From Chondromyces sp. (GTDB taxonomy: Bacteria; Acidobacteriota; Thermoanaerobaculia; Thermoanaerobaculales; Sulfomarinibacteraceae): 64,000 bases of DNA. The position numbers and the translations under genes were made by a program. The stretch is from NCBI GenBank assembly GCA_035466375.1, contig DATIVB010000056.1:10075-74074 (forward strand), written 5' to 3'. The notes below the pieces were generated by a model that saw only the letters and a program-made list of their open reading frames with translations, searched no databases and was not told the DNA's origin. Positions 46,736 to 55,917 of the stretch are shown here, piece by piece (position 1 is the first letter of the stretch; each line of letters begins with the position of its first letter).

Positions 46736-47454
46736 GCGCCCTCCGACAAATGCTGACGCACCTCGGACACCAGCCGCTCGACGACCTCGTCGAGACTCGA
46801 TCCGGTGGTGTCCACGACCAACGACCCGGAGGCGACCTGGAGCGGCGACTCGCTCCGTGACGTGTCCTGCAGGTCGCGTTGCTGCTGCTGCCTGCGGACC
46901 TCGTCGAGGCTGATGTCCGGGCCGGGGGAAGCCTGGAGGTCACGGTGCCGGCGGCGGGCGCGCTCGTCGGCGCTCGCTGTGAGAAAGAACTTGAATGCGG
47001 CATCCGGGAGCACGACGGTGCCGATGTCCCGACCCTCGACCACCCCGCCGCCGACCTCGGCCAGCCGTCGCTGCAGCGGCACCAGGGCGCGGCGGACCTC
47101 GGGCAGGGCGGACACCGACGAGGCCATCAGCGAACACTCGGCGCTGCGGATCTGAGCGGCCACGTCCTCGCCGTCGATGAGCACCCTGGTGCCGTCGACC
47201 TGGGCCTCGACCTCGATGCGATGCGTCTCGAGGAGCCCCCTCACCGTCTCCGCGTCGTCGTCGGCGAGAGGCGGCCGCAACCCGTGCCGCAGAGCCAGCA
47301 AGCCGACCGCGCGGTACATCGCGCCGGTGTCGATGTAGGGAATGCCGAGCCGCATCGCGAGGCGGGCCGCCACCGTCGACTTGCCGGCGCCGGCAGGCCC
47401 GTCGATGGCGATCAGGATGCGCGGAGCGGCTTCTGGAGAGAGTGCTGGCGACAC
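46732..47454 (-). CDS. cmk: Cytidylate kinase
   Basis: GTG start at 47454. Motifs are ILIAIDGPAGAGKSTVAARLAMRLGIPYIDTGAMYRAV and VVEGRDIGTVV. The upstream part of the 963-nt ORF is Arg/Pro-rich and unlikely to be coding. Confidence 0.9.
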   Translation of the reverse strand: MSPALSPEAAPRILIAIDGPAGAGKSTVAARLAMRLGIPYIDTGAMYRAVGLLALRHGLRPPLADDDAETVRGLLETHRIEVEAQVDGTRVLIDGEDVAAQIRSAECSLMASSVSALPEVRRALVPLQRRLAEVGGGVVEGRDIGTVVLPDAAFKFFLTASADERARRRHRDLQASPGPDISLDEVRRQQQQRDLQDTSRSESPLQVASGSLVVDTTGSSLDEVVERLVSEVRQHLSEGA

Positions 47455-47542
47455 CGGGGCGGGTCCTTTCGCGGCCGGACGAGCGGCGATTGTACAGGGT
47501 GTCGGTTCATCGGCCAAACGCCGCCCGTCGCCGGCGAGCCCT

Positions 47543-48769
47543 TCAGCGCCCGCCCGCGGCGCCCGGCGTCCTCTGCGGGGCCCGCACCGGCCGCCGGCTC
47601 GCGGCTCGCGAGGGCGCCACCAGCACCGGCACCTCGACCCGGGCGTGCTCGCCATCGTCGGTCGTGACCCGGATCCAGCCGCGCACTCCGGCACCCAGCC
47701 GGTCGGCGTCGAGCGCCTCGGCCAGACGGACCCGGAGCAATTGCCGCGTCCCCGCCACCTGCGGAGTCGGGACGGCCGAAAAGAGCTCCGGGTGGGAGAC
47801 CTCGACGCCGGCGATCGAGAACGCGCGGCCGCCGTTGTGGCTGAGGCTCAGCAGCAGGGAACGGCCGGAATCGTTGGATGGCGCGGTCGCCCACAGGCGC
47901 ACCGCCTCGGGATGGGCTTCCAGGATCGGCCGCACGCGCACCGTGTACGGGAGCTCGATCTCCGGCGCATCGGGATGGTTGGTGACCACCCGCAGGGTGC
48001 CGGAGTAGACCCCCGGCGCCGTGACCGGAGCGACGCTCAGTTCGAGCCAGACGTCGCCGGGCCCCGCTTCGGGCTCTCGTGCACCCCTCCGCGCCTGGCC
48101 CCATGGAGCGGGAGCGTCGGGGGCGGCCGGTTTCGCCGGCGATCCAGGCTGAGCGTCCGCGGCGCGGGCGGTCACCGTCAGGCCCGCCGCCTCGAGCTCG
48201 GGCGGGACGATCCGGAGGGCCTGCCCGTCGTCCCTGGACAGCAGCAGGCGCGCGCTGCCGGAGCCGCCCTCGATGAGCGTGATCGCCAGGGCGGGGCTCG
48301 GCTTCACCGTCACCGGCATGTAGAGTTCGACGGCGAAACGGAGGCGGAGCTCGCGCGCCGCGGCGGCGTCGGTGACGACCCCGATCGACTTCGAGACGCG
48401 GCCGCTCTGGGTGCTGCGGGTGGACATCTTCGCGCTCAGCGTGCCCGACGAACCTGCCGGGATGACCGAGTCGTACTCGGCCACCGCGCACCCTCAGGAG
48501 GGCGCTGCGCGCAGGATCCGCACGTCCCGGTCGGTGTCGTTGACGAACTCGAAGGTGGCCGTCACCGTCGATCCCGCGACCGCTCGGCCGAGGTCGAGGT
48601 CGGCGTCCTCCACCCGGAAGCCAGCCGGCTCCTCCCCCGCCGCCGCGACGGCACTCAGCGCGAGAGACACCGCCACGAACACGCGGCAGAGTCGTCGGGG
48701 ATCTTCCTTCATCGGGGCCTCCGGGCTGCTCTTTGGGTCCTCGCGGTGCCCGCAGAGCAACGACGGCAC
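47543..48769 (-). CDS. DUF1573-like secreted protein interrupted by one in-frame TGA (48494-48496) at the first Cys of the SCGC motif. It is either a selenoprotein candidate or a pseudogene.
   Basis: The N-terminal piece (48494-48769) has a signal peptide and TVTATFEFVNDTDRDVRILRAAPS, then TGA. The same frame continues GCAVAEYDSVIPAGSSGTLSAKM into the 47543-48484 ORF. DUF1573 domains normally read ..S-C-G-C-.. Confidence 0.55.
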
Positions 48770-48788
48770 CCCGAGGCCACCGATTGTA

Positions 48789-49559
48789 TCAGCCGGCGAC
48801 CCGGTGCTCGGACAGGACCCGTCCCCCGGTCGTCACGACCACGCATTCCACCGGCACCTGGCGCCGGGCGCGGCGGGCGGCCTCCTCGGCGAGACCGACG
48901 AGGCCGCGGCAGCACGGGACCTCCATCACCACCACCTGCAGCGAGCGGATCCCGGCCTCGTCGATCATCGCCACCAGCTTCTCGAGGTACACCTCCTGGC
49001 GGCTGTCGAGCTTGGGACAGGCGATCGCCAGGGACCGCCCCGCGAGGAAGCGCTGGTGGAAATCCCCCGTCGCGAAGGCGACGCAGTCGGCTGCGAGCAG
49101 GACGTCCGCGCCGCGGAAGAAGGGCGCCGACGGAGGCACGAGGTGGAGCTGGACCGGCCAGTGCCGGAGCTGCGACGGCGACCCCTCGCCCGAAGCCGCG
49201 GCAGGCGCGGCGGCGGGCTCGAGGAACTGTGCGCGCGAGCCGGGGCAGCCGCCGCCGGGCGCGGGCTGTGCGACGACGTGCAGCGCCGGCCGGCGAGGCG
49301 CCGGCTCCGTCGCCTGCCGCTGCGCGAGGTGGCGGGCGACCGCCGCCTCGTCGAAGGCCTCCGCGTCGCGCCGGGTGACCGTGATCGCCCCCTGGGGGCA
49401 GTGCCCGAGGCACGCGCCGAGGCCGTCGCAGTAGGCGTCGCTGATCAGCCTCGCCTTGCCTTCGATGATGGCGATCGCACCCTCGGCGCAGGAGCTCACG
49501 CAGTCGCCGCAGCCGTCACAGAGCTCGTCGTCGATCTCGACCACGTCGCGGATCGGCAT
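48789..49559 (-). CDS. 4Fe-4S dicluster domain-containing protein
   Basis: It has two ferredoxin-type Cys clusters (CDGCGDCVSSCAEGAI and CDGLGACLGHCPQGAI) plus a Cys-containing C-terminal domain (ACPKLD, EVPCCRG). Confidence 0.8.
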   Translation of the reverse strand: MPIRDVVEIDDELCDGCGDCVSSCAEGAIAIIEGKARLISDAYCDGLGACLGHCPQGAITVTRRDAEAFDEAAVARHLAQRQATEPAPRRPALHVVAQPAPGGGCPGSRAQFLEPAAAPAAASGEGSPSQLRHWPVQLHLVPPSAPFFRGADVLLAADCVAFATGDFHQRFLAGRSLAIACPKLDSRQEVYLEKLVAMIDEAGIRSLQVVVMEVPCCRGLVGLAEEAARRARRQVPVECVVVTTGGRVLSEHRVAG

Positions 49560-49562
49560 GGT

Positions 49563-49922
49563 TCACTCCGCCCGAGCTTCGCGCAGCATGGTCAGCAGCA
49601 TCCGGCACGGTTCAGGCGCCCGCAACGCGTGCGGAACCCCCGCCGGCATGCGCACGATCTCGCCGCCGCCCACCATCACGTCCTTGCCGCCGATGGTCAG
49701 CTCGAGCGATCCGTCCAGAACCTGAACCAGGGCGTCGAAGGGCGCCGTGTGCTCGGACAGGCCCTGGCCGCCGTCGAAGGCGAAGAGCGTGACGCTGCCG
49801 CCGCTGCTCTTGGCGAGCACCCGGCTGACGATCGAGCCCTCCGCGACCTCGATCAGCGCCGCGAGGGAGCTCGCACGGTCGCCGGGAAGCTGTTCTGCTG
49901 ACTTCGAACCCGTTGTCTTCAT
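49563..49922 (-). CDS. Cupin-domain protein
   Basis: ATG at 49922 (MKTTGSK). GGSVTLFAFDGGQGLSEHTAPFDALVQVLDGSLELTIGGK...GEIVRMPAGVPHAL is a cupin motif. Confidence 0.75.
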   Translation of the reverse strand: MKTTGSKSAEQLPGDRASSLAALIEVAEGSIVSRVLAKSSGGSVTLFAFDGGQGLSEHTAPFDALVQVLDGSLELTIGGKDVMVGGGEIVRMPAGVPHALRAPEPCRMLLTMLREARAE

Positions 49923-49997
49923 ATTGAACCTCCGCTGTCTGTCTCGGATCACCGGACCCAGTGTGCCCTGGGTGGCGCTCCGCGTCCTTGACGCCGG

Positions 49998-51269
49998 TCA
50001 AGTGCGCCGCTGGTACACGGCCCGGGACGTCATCACGCCGACCGTCGCACCGGGCCGCAGCGAGCGCCACTCATCGGCGACCGTCTCCGGGTCCGGGGCG
50101 GGATCGAAGCCGAGCCGGCGCGCCAGGTCCTCCTCGAGGCTGGAGCAAAGACGGACGCGGAAGCGCCCCGTCTTCTCGACCAGGCGCAGGGTCGTGTGCC
50201 CGTACTGGACCCAGCCTTCGGAGAGCCGGCCGAGGATCGCCCCCGGCCTGGGATCGTGGAGGAAAGGCGCCATCGCCTCCGAACCCGCTCCGCGGTCGAG
50301 GGCGGCGAGGAAGAGCAGCTCACCGCCCGGAGCCAGAAAGGAGCATGCGGCGTCGAGCGCCTTGTGGGCCTGGATCAGGGTGGCATCCGAAGGCCCCCCT
50401 CCTGCGCTCGCAACCATGAGTTCGAAAGGCTCCCCCGTCGCCACCTCGAAGCCCGCCCGCACCCGCGCGACGGCCGCATGGAAGGCGTCCCGCCACGGGC
50501 CGGCGAAAGCTCCGGCGACGCCGCCGTCGCGCCCCGGCACGAGACAGATCGCCATCGCCGGCGGACAGAGCTCGGCGGCCCTCGCGATCTCCTCCGCCAC
50601 CGGGTTGCCCTCGAGGCACCCCGGCCCGCAGGCAGGGTGGCGCCGCCACGAGTTGCCGCTGGCCGACTCCAGCACCAGGGCGTGGTTGGCCTGAATCTCA
50701 GCGTGACCGGCCACGCCGGGGAAGACCATCTTCGGGCCGCCGCCGAAACCCGCGAAGTAGTGGTGGCTCACGGTGCCGACCGTGATCAGCAGGTCGCACG
50801 CGAGCGCGCTGCGGTGGAGGCGCAACGGCAGCCCCGGGCGCAGATCCCCCACCGCCACCAGCGAGGCGTCGTCGCGGCTGTCGTGCTCGACGAGCAACAC
50901 GCCCTCCGGCAGGGGCCCGACGATCTCGCCGAGGCGCTTGGGACCGGCTGCGGGATGGGTGCCGCAGGCAACGAGCACGGTCGTTCGCCGCGCCTCGACG
51001 CCGCCTTCGCGCAGGCGCGCGAAGATCGGCGGCAACACCTGCGGCAGCGCGGCGTTCCGCGTCCCATCCGGCACCACGATCGTCGCGCTCCCGACGCCGC
51101 CGGCGAGGCTCGTGAGCGCCGGTCCGGCGAGCGGAAGGTCCACGGCCGCCGCGACCAGAGGCGCGGGATCGCTCGCGGCTGCGGGTGCCGAAGGTGCGAG
51201 GGGGCGCACCTTCAAACCCCGCAGGTCGACGGCCAGATGGCCGTCCGCGTACGGGAGTTTGACAATCAC
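49998..51269 (-). CDS. LarA-like (nickel-dependent lactate racemase family, DUF2088 N-domain) protein
   Basis: 423 aa. ATIVVPDGTRNAALPQVL, VLVACGTHP and TVSHHYFAGFGGGPKMVFPG resemble the LarA family. The assignment is from memory and was not searched. Confidence 0.75.
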   Translation of the reverse strand: MIVKLPYADGHLAVDLRGLKVRPLAPSAPAAASDPAPLVAAAVDLPLAGPALTSLAGGVGSATIVVPDGTRNAALPQVLPPIFARLREGGVEARRTTVLVACGTHPAAGPKRLGEIVGPLPEGVLLVEHDSRDDASLVAVGDLRPGLPLRLHRSALACDLLITVGTVSHHYFAGFGGGPKMVFPGVAGHAEIQANHALVLESASGNSWRRHPACGPGCLEGNPVAEEIARAAELCPPAMAICLVPGRDGGVAGAFAGPWRDAFHAAVARVRAGFEVATGEPFELMVASAGGGPSDATLIQAHKALDAACSFLAPGGELLFLAALDRGAGSEAMAPFLHDPRPGAILGRLSEGWVQYGHTTLRLVEKTGRFRVRLCSSLEEDLARRLGFDPAPDPETVADEWRSLRPGATVGVMTSRAVYQRRT

Positions 51270-51303
51270 AGCGGCACCATATCATTGTGGCGTGGTGGTG
51301 GAG

Positions 51304-51879
51304 ATGACCCGGGCCCCCGCGTTCGAACCGATCGGCAGCGAGGCGCGGAGCTTCCTGCTGCGACTGGCGCGCGCCACCATCGCCGCCAGGCTCGAAGGTC
51401 GGGCGCTGCCAGCGGCAGCCCCCGAAAATCCGGTGCTCCTCGAGCCCCGCGGGGCCTTCGTCACGCTCACCTCGGGCGGCCGCCTGCGGGGCTGCATCGG
51501 GCACGTCGTCGGCGTGTCGCCGCTGTGGATGTCGGTCCGCGACAACGCCCTCGTCGCGGCATTCGACGACCCCCGTTTCCCACCTTTGGCCGGCCACGAG
51601 CTGCCGGGGGTGCACATCGAGATCTCGGCGCTGAGCCCGCTCGTCGAGTGTGCGCCGGAAGAAATCACCGTGGGCGGCGACGGGGTCCTGGTCGAACGCG
51701 GCGCCGCCCGCGGGCTGCTGCTCCCGCAGGTCGCCGTCGAGCACGGCTGGGACCGCGAAACCTTCCTCGATCACACCTGCCGCAAGGCGGGCCTCGCAGC
51801 GAGCTCCTGGCGCGACCCGGCCATCGTCCTCTTCAGGTTCTCGGCGGAGGTTTTCGGGGAAGAAGCGGTCAGTCCGTGA
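51304..51879 (+). CDS. AMMECR1-domain protein
   Basis: ATG at 51304. PRGAFVTLTSGGRLRGCIGHV and DPRFPPL are the AMMECR1 signature. Confidence 0.85.
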   Translation: MTRAPAFEPIGSEARSFLLRLARATIAARLEGRALPAAAPENPVLLEPRGAFVTLTSGGRLRGCIGHVVGVSPLWMSVRDNALVAAFDDPRFPPLAGHELPGVHIEISALSPLVECAPEEITVGGDGVLVERGAARGLLLPQVAVEHGWDRETFLDHTCRKAGLAASSWRDPAIVLFRFSAEVFGEEAVSP

Positions 51880-53821
51880 CCCCCAGCACTTTCCTCTGAT
51901 AATGCTCCAGAGACGGGAACGACTGCGGCGGGCGCCCGCGGGCGGCCTCCTGGTTCGGCATGGGGATCGCCGAGGAGGCGTCGATCACGCGGGTCACGAA
52001 GGTCCAGAAGGACACCATGCGGTCTTCGCCACCGACCATGGTGCGCGGATCGAAGCTGTCGCTGAAGATGCGGGTCGCCGGGAGCTTGCCGTTGCACTGC
52101 CCCGGCTGCTCGAACAGGAGGTCGACGAGCGCGACCGGCTTCCGGCCGTGGCGCGCGAGCAGCGCGGCCGCCACCGCCTGCACGGAACGGAGGTCGATGG
52201 ACTGGAAGTGGCCGCTGCAGTCGACGGTCAGCTCGTGACCCTTGATGGCGAACGGCACCACGGTCGTCACCTGGATGCCCGCCATCTTGTCGGCTCCCGG
52301 CGGCAGCTCCGGTCGGACCCGTACGTCGGTGACGGTCGCAGCGGACGGCACGAGGCGGCGCTTGTCGATGCCCCAGAGGGCCACCTCGAGCTCCGGTCGG
52401 GCATCGCCCGGGACCTCCGGGTTGGCCAGCGCCGCCCGCACCATCGCCTCGGCGCTCGGCGCCTCGATGGCGAGACCGAGCCTGGCCATGCGCAGCAAAA
52501 CGGCGCCCGGCGTCGAGTCATCGGTGCGCCGCAGCGCCAGCTCGAGGGTCTCGACCGCCGACATCACGCGCTGTGCATCGTCGAGGATCTCCGCGATGCG
52601 CACCGCGAGCAGAGGATCGACCTCGGCCTCGGGATCGTGGATCAGCACCTCCTCCCAGTGCGAGATCACGAAGCCCTGATCGCCCGTCCGCACCGCCCCG
52701 GTGATGGCGCGCAGGATCGGCTCCACCCCGCGATGCGCCTGACCGCGGGTGACAGCGAGGTTCCACAGCGCCATCGCGGCGTCGACGTTGTCCGGATCTG
52801 CGGCGATCTCGCGTTCCAACGAAGCCAGTGCCCAGTCAAGGTCACCCTTTCCGGCGCGCGCGAGCGCCGTCTCGACGGCGACGTTGTCGAGCATCGTGAC
52901 CTTGGACTCGATGGCGGGGTGCAGGTAGCGTTCCTCGATCCGGAAGTGCGCCATCGCCCAGGCGAACACGACCCCGAAGGCGAAGCCCCAGACGTGCGCC
53001 CAGAATGCGACCCCTCCCGTAGCTCCCTCCGGGAGTCCGGCATCCATGAAATGCGCCGAAGCCAGCTGAATGGCGAACCACATCGGGAACAGCACCCAGG
53101 CCGGCGCCTGCAGGGGCCCGATCGGGACCGCGACCCACAACACGAATCGGATGCGGCTGCGCAGGTAGCGGACCAGAAAGGCCCCCATCACGCCGGCCAC
53201 CGCGCCCGAGGCCCCGACGAGCGGCAGCTCGAGCTCCGGGTACCGGACCGCGAACATGACACCGGCGACGGCGCCGGCGGCGAGGTAGAACCCGGTGAAC
53301 AGGGGCCGCCCCCACACATCCTCGACGAAGGGCGCGACGACGAAGAGCATCAGCAGATTGAAGAGCAGGTGCAGCCAACCCGAGTGGAGGAACGGATAGG
53401 TGAAGAGGTTCGCCGCCTTCAATTCCGCCGGGACCAATCCGAAGCGGCTGAGCATGGACCGCTGCAGGCTCTGGTGATAGCCCTCCACCATGATGTCGAA
53501 GCGCCGCTGTTGGTGGGCCAGGACCGCCTCGTCCCGCGGGGCCTGAGGCCCCACTTGCCGCATGTACTCGGTGAGGGCTTCCGCCTCCTCGACGCCGAAA
53601 TCGCTCGCGAAAATTCGCTGGAAGCGCGGGTCGATCTCCAGGTAGGGGTGCTGGGTGAAGTAGCCGAGCGCCTGGTGGAGACGGAAGAAGCTCTCCATCT
53701 GGTTGTGATGCTCGCCCGGCGCCATCAACACGAACACGACGACGCAGATGGCCATGATCGCGAAGGTCACCCACGGCAGCCGTCGCACGCTCGTCTGCTC
53801 GTGCCCGAGAGGAATGATCAT
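51869..53821 (-). CDS. Rhomboid-family intramembrane serine protease with a ~350-aa C-terminal soluble extension
   Basis: The rhomboid core has HSGWLHLLFNLLML, GASGAVAGVMGAFLV (GxSG) and AFWAHVWGFAFG (catalytic His). The C-terminal half has TPR-like helices and then an unrecognised domain. Confidence 0.8.
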   Translation of the reverse strand: MIIPLGHEQTSVRRLPWVTFAIMAICVVVFVLMAPGEHHNQMESFFRLHQALGYFTQHPYLEIDPRFQRIFASDFGVEEAEALTEYMRQVGPQAPRDEAVLAHQQRRFDIMVEGYHQSLQRSMLSRFGLVPAELKAANLFTYPFLHSGWLHLLFNLLMLFVVAPFVEDVWGRPLFTGFYLAAGAVAGVMFAVRYPELELPLVGASGAVAGVMGAFLVRYLRSRIRFVLWVAVPIGPLQAPAWVLFPMWFAIQLASAHFMDAGLPEGATGGVAFWAHVWGFAFGVVFAWAMAHFRIEERYLHPAIESKVTMLDNVAVETALARAGKGDLDWALASLEREIAADPDNVDAAMALWNLAVTRGQAHRGVEPILRAITGAVRTGDQGFVISHWEEVLIHDPEAEVDPLLAVRIAEILDDAQRVMSAVETLELALRRTDDSTPGAVLLRMARLGLAIEAPSAEAMVRAALANPEVPGDARPELEVALWGIDKRRLVPSAATVTDVRVRPELPPGADKMAGIQVTTVVPFAIKGHELTVDCSGHFQSIDLRSVQAVAAALLARHGRKPVALVDLLFEQPGQCNGKLPATRIFSDSFDPRTMVGGEDRMVSFWTFVTRVIDASSAIPMPNQEAARGRPPQSFPSLEHYQRKVLGVTD

Positions 53822-53860
53822 CGGCTCACCGGTTTCCCTCCGCGGTTATTATAGCTTTCG

Positions 53861-54601
53861 ATGTCAGTCGCTGCCGTCATCCTCGTGGAACCCTCGCAGG
53901 CGGGAAACCTCGGGGCCGTCATGCGGGTCGCCGCCAACTTCGGCATACCCCGCCTCGAGCTGGTGAGGCCGGCGGTCGACTTCGAGGACGAAGAGGTTCG
54001 GAACTGGGCCTGCGGCGGCGACCGGCGGCTCGAGTGCCGCTCATGGGGCAGTCTCGCCGAGGCGGCTGCCTCCTACCGCACCCTCGCCGCCGCGGCCTCC
54101 GGCCGTGGGCGCCTGCGGCTGCCGGCGCTGGCCCCGCGGCAGGCGGTCACGCTGCTGGCCGACCGCGGCCTCGAAAGCACGGCGCTGGTGTTCGGCAACG
54201 AGACCCGCGGACTCTGCCGCGACGACATCGACCGCTGCGACCTGGTCATCACCATCCCGACCGAGCCGGACTTTCCCGTCCTCAACCTCGCACAGGCGGT
54301 CGCGATCCTGGCCGCCGAGGCCCACGCCGTCGACCCCGATCTCCGGCAGAGCGCGCACGAGCCCGCGACCCTGAAGATGGTCGAAGGGCTCATGGCCCAC
54401 CTTCAGAGCAGCCTGCTGCGGATCGGCTTCCTCGATCCCGCGAACCCGCAGCGCATCTTGCGCAAGCTGCGGCGCCTGCTCGGACGCGCCGGGGTCACCG
54501 CCGAAGAGGTCAAGATCCTGCGCGGCGTCTGCCGTCAGATCGAGTGGGCCGCCGGCGCGAAACCGCCTCCGATCGAAGGACCCGGGGCCGATCCCGACTG
54601 A
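53861..54601 (+). CDS. SpoU/TrmH-family RNA 2'-O-methyltransferase (TrmJ-like)
   Basis: VILVEPSQAGNLGAVMRVAANFG, LVFGNETRGL and IPTEPDFPVLNLAQAVAI match the SpoU/TrmH pattern. Confidence 0.85.
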   Translation: MSVAAVILVEPSQAGNLGAVMRVAANFGIPRLELVRPAVDFEDEEVRNWACGGDRRLECRSWGSLAEAAASYRTLAAAASGRGRLRLPALAPRQAVTLLADRGLESTALVFGNETRGLCRDDIDRCDLVITIPTEPDFPVLNLAQAVAILAAEAHAVDPDLRQSAHEPATLKMVEGLMAHLQSSLLRIGFLDPANPQRILRKLRRLLGRAGVTAEEVKILRGVCRQIEWAAGAKPPPIEGPGADPD

Positions 54602-54663
54602 CACCGCTCGGTCCGGACCCGCCTGCGACCGGGCGCACCGCCTGCCCCGCCGACGTCGCGACT

Positions 54664-55917
54664 CTATCTCGCTCCGATCTCGCGCCGCAGGCGTTCGGTC
54701 AGCTCGAGCAGGACCGGGTCGGTCGGATGGCGGTCGAGGGCCAGCGAGACCGTGATCGCGGCTTCGGCGTACCGGCCCTGGCGAATCTGCAAGGCCACCA
54801 GGCGCGCCGCCGCAGCGGAGGAATCCGGGTCGACCTCGACCGCCCTCTCGAGGGCCAGCAGCGCATCGGCCGGCCGCCCGGCCTGCTCGGCGACGCGCGC
54901 GATCCGCGTCAACAGACCGACATCCGTCGGCGACATCCCCCAGGCTCGGCGCAAGTGGCCGAGGGCGGCCTCGAAATCCCCACGGCTCTCGGCAAGCGCG
55001 GCGAGAGCCATCCATGGGTGCGGCGATTCGGGCTCGAGCGCGAGCGCCCGGTCGGCGGCGGCGAGCGCCCCGGCGCCGTCGCCCTCGAGCTCGCGCACCA
55101 GCGCCAGCATCGACCATGCTCGCGAGCGCAGTCCCCGCGGGCAGGCCCGGTTGGCGATGACCCCGTCGAGCCGGTGCGCCGCGCCGGCGCGATCGCCGTC
55201 GGCCAGGGCCCACCGCGCCCTCTCGAGCTGCACTTCCGGATGTTGGTCGTACGCGGCCAGAATGTCCTCCGCCCCCGCAGCGTCTCCCGCCGTCCGCAGT
55301 GCGCGCGCGAGCGCCAGAGCGTTGTCGACCCGGCGCCGCGGGTAATACCGGTCCCGGAGCTCGAGCGCCCGCACGCGGACCCGGGCCTCCTGCTCCGCGA
55401 TCAGCTGCACCGGCGGGCTGCGGAGTCCGGGCGCGATCGCTTCGGCGACCGCCAGCGCCTCGAGAGCTTCCGCGAGCTCGCCCTGCATCAGCAGCACCGC
55501 GGCCGCCATGCGCTGGAGGCGCGCCGACGTCGGGCTCCTGGCGAGGGCCGCGTCGAGGTGGTCTCCGGCCTCGTTCACGCGCCCGCGGACGAGCTCGGCT
55601 CGGGCGAGGTCCGTGAAACCTCCCGGATGCGCAGGAAGCCAGGCCCGCTGCAGGCCGCCGAAGCGATCGAGCAGAGCCGCGAGATTCGGCCGCGGCACCG
55701 ACTCGAGAGCGGCCGTGGGCAGTCGCCGGGCCCGCGCGACCATCGGCGGCAGGGCCGCGAGCCCCGACTCGCGGAGGCGACCGGCAGCGGCGGCCGGATT
55801 GACGCGGGCCAGGGCCTGCACCTGCTGCCACCACCACCAACCCGCGGTCTCGGCGGCCATCACCGCGACCGCCGCCGACGCCAGGATGACCCGCCCTCGG
55901 TAGCCCCTCCCGGTCAC
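54664..55917 (-). CDS. Membrane-anchored TPR repeat protein
   Basis: The GTG at 55917 forms a GTGA overlap with the murB stop. There is an N-terminal anchor (ILASAAVAVMAAETAGWWWW) followed by multiple TPR-like units. The upstream part of the 659-aa ORF overlaps murB and is not supported. Confidence 0.7.
   Translation of the reverse strand: MTGRGYRGRVILASAAVAVMAAETAGWWWWQQVQALARVNPAAAAGRLRESGLAALPPMVARARRLPTAALESVPRPNLAALLDRFGGLQRAWLPAHPGGFTDLARAELVRGRVNEAGDHLDAALARSPTSARLQRMAAAVLLMQGELAEALEALAVAEAIAPGLRSPPVQLIAEQEARVRVRALELRDRYYPRRRVDNALALARALRTAGDAAGAEDILAAYDQHPEVQLERARWALADGDRAGAAHRLDGVIANRACPRGLRSRAWSMLALVRELEGDGAGALAAADRALALEPESPHPWMALAALAESRGDFEAALGHLRRAWGMSPTDVGLLTRIARVAEQAGRPADALLALERAVEVDPDSSAAAARLVALQIRQGRYAEAAITVSLALDRHPTDPVLLELTERLRREIGAR

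Noticed and set aside
47543-48484. Treating 47543-48484 (GTG start) and 48494-48769 as two independent genes
   Set aside because: This is not fully excluded, but it is disfavoured. The two pieces are in the same frame, separated by 9 nt plus one TGA. The upstream piece ends mid-domain, exactly before the conserved Cys motif. The downstream piece lacks its own signal peptide and SD.
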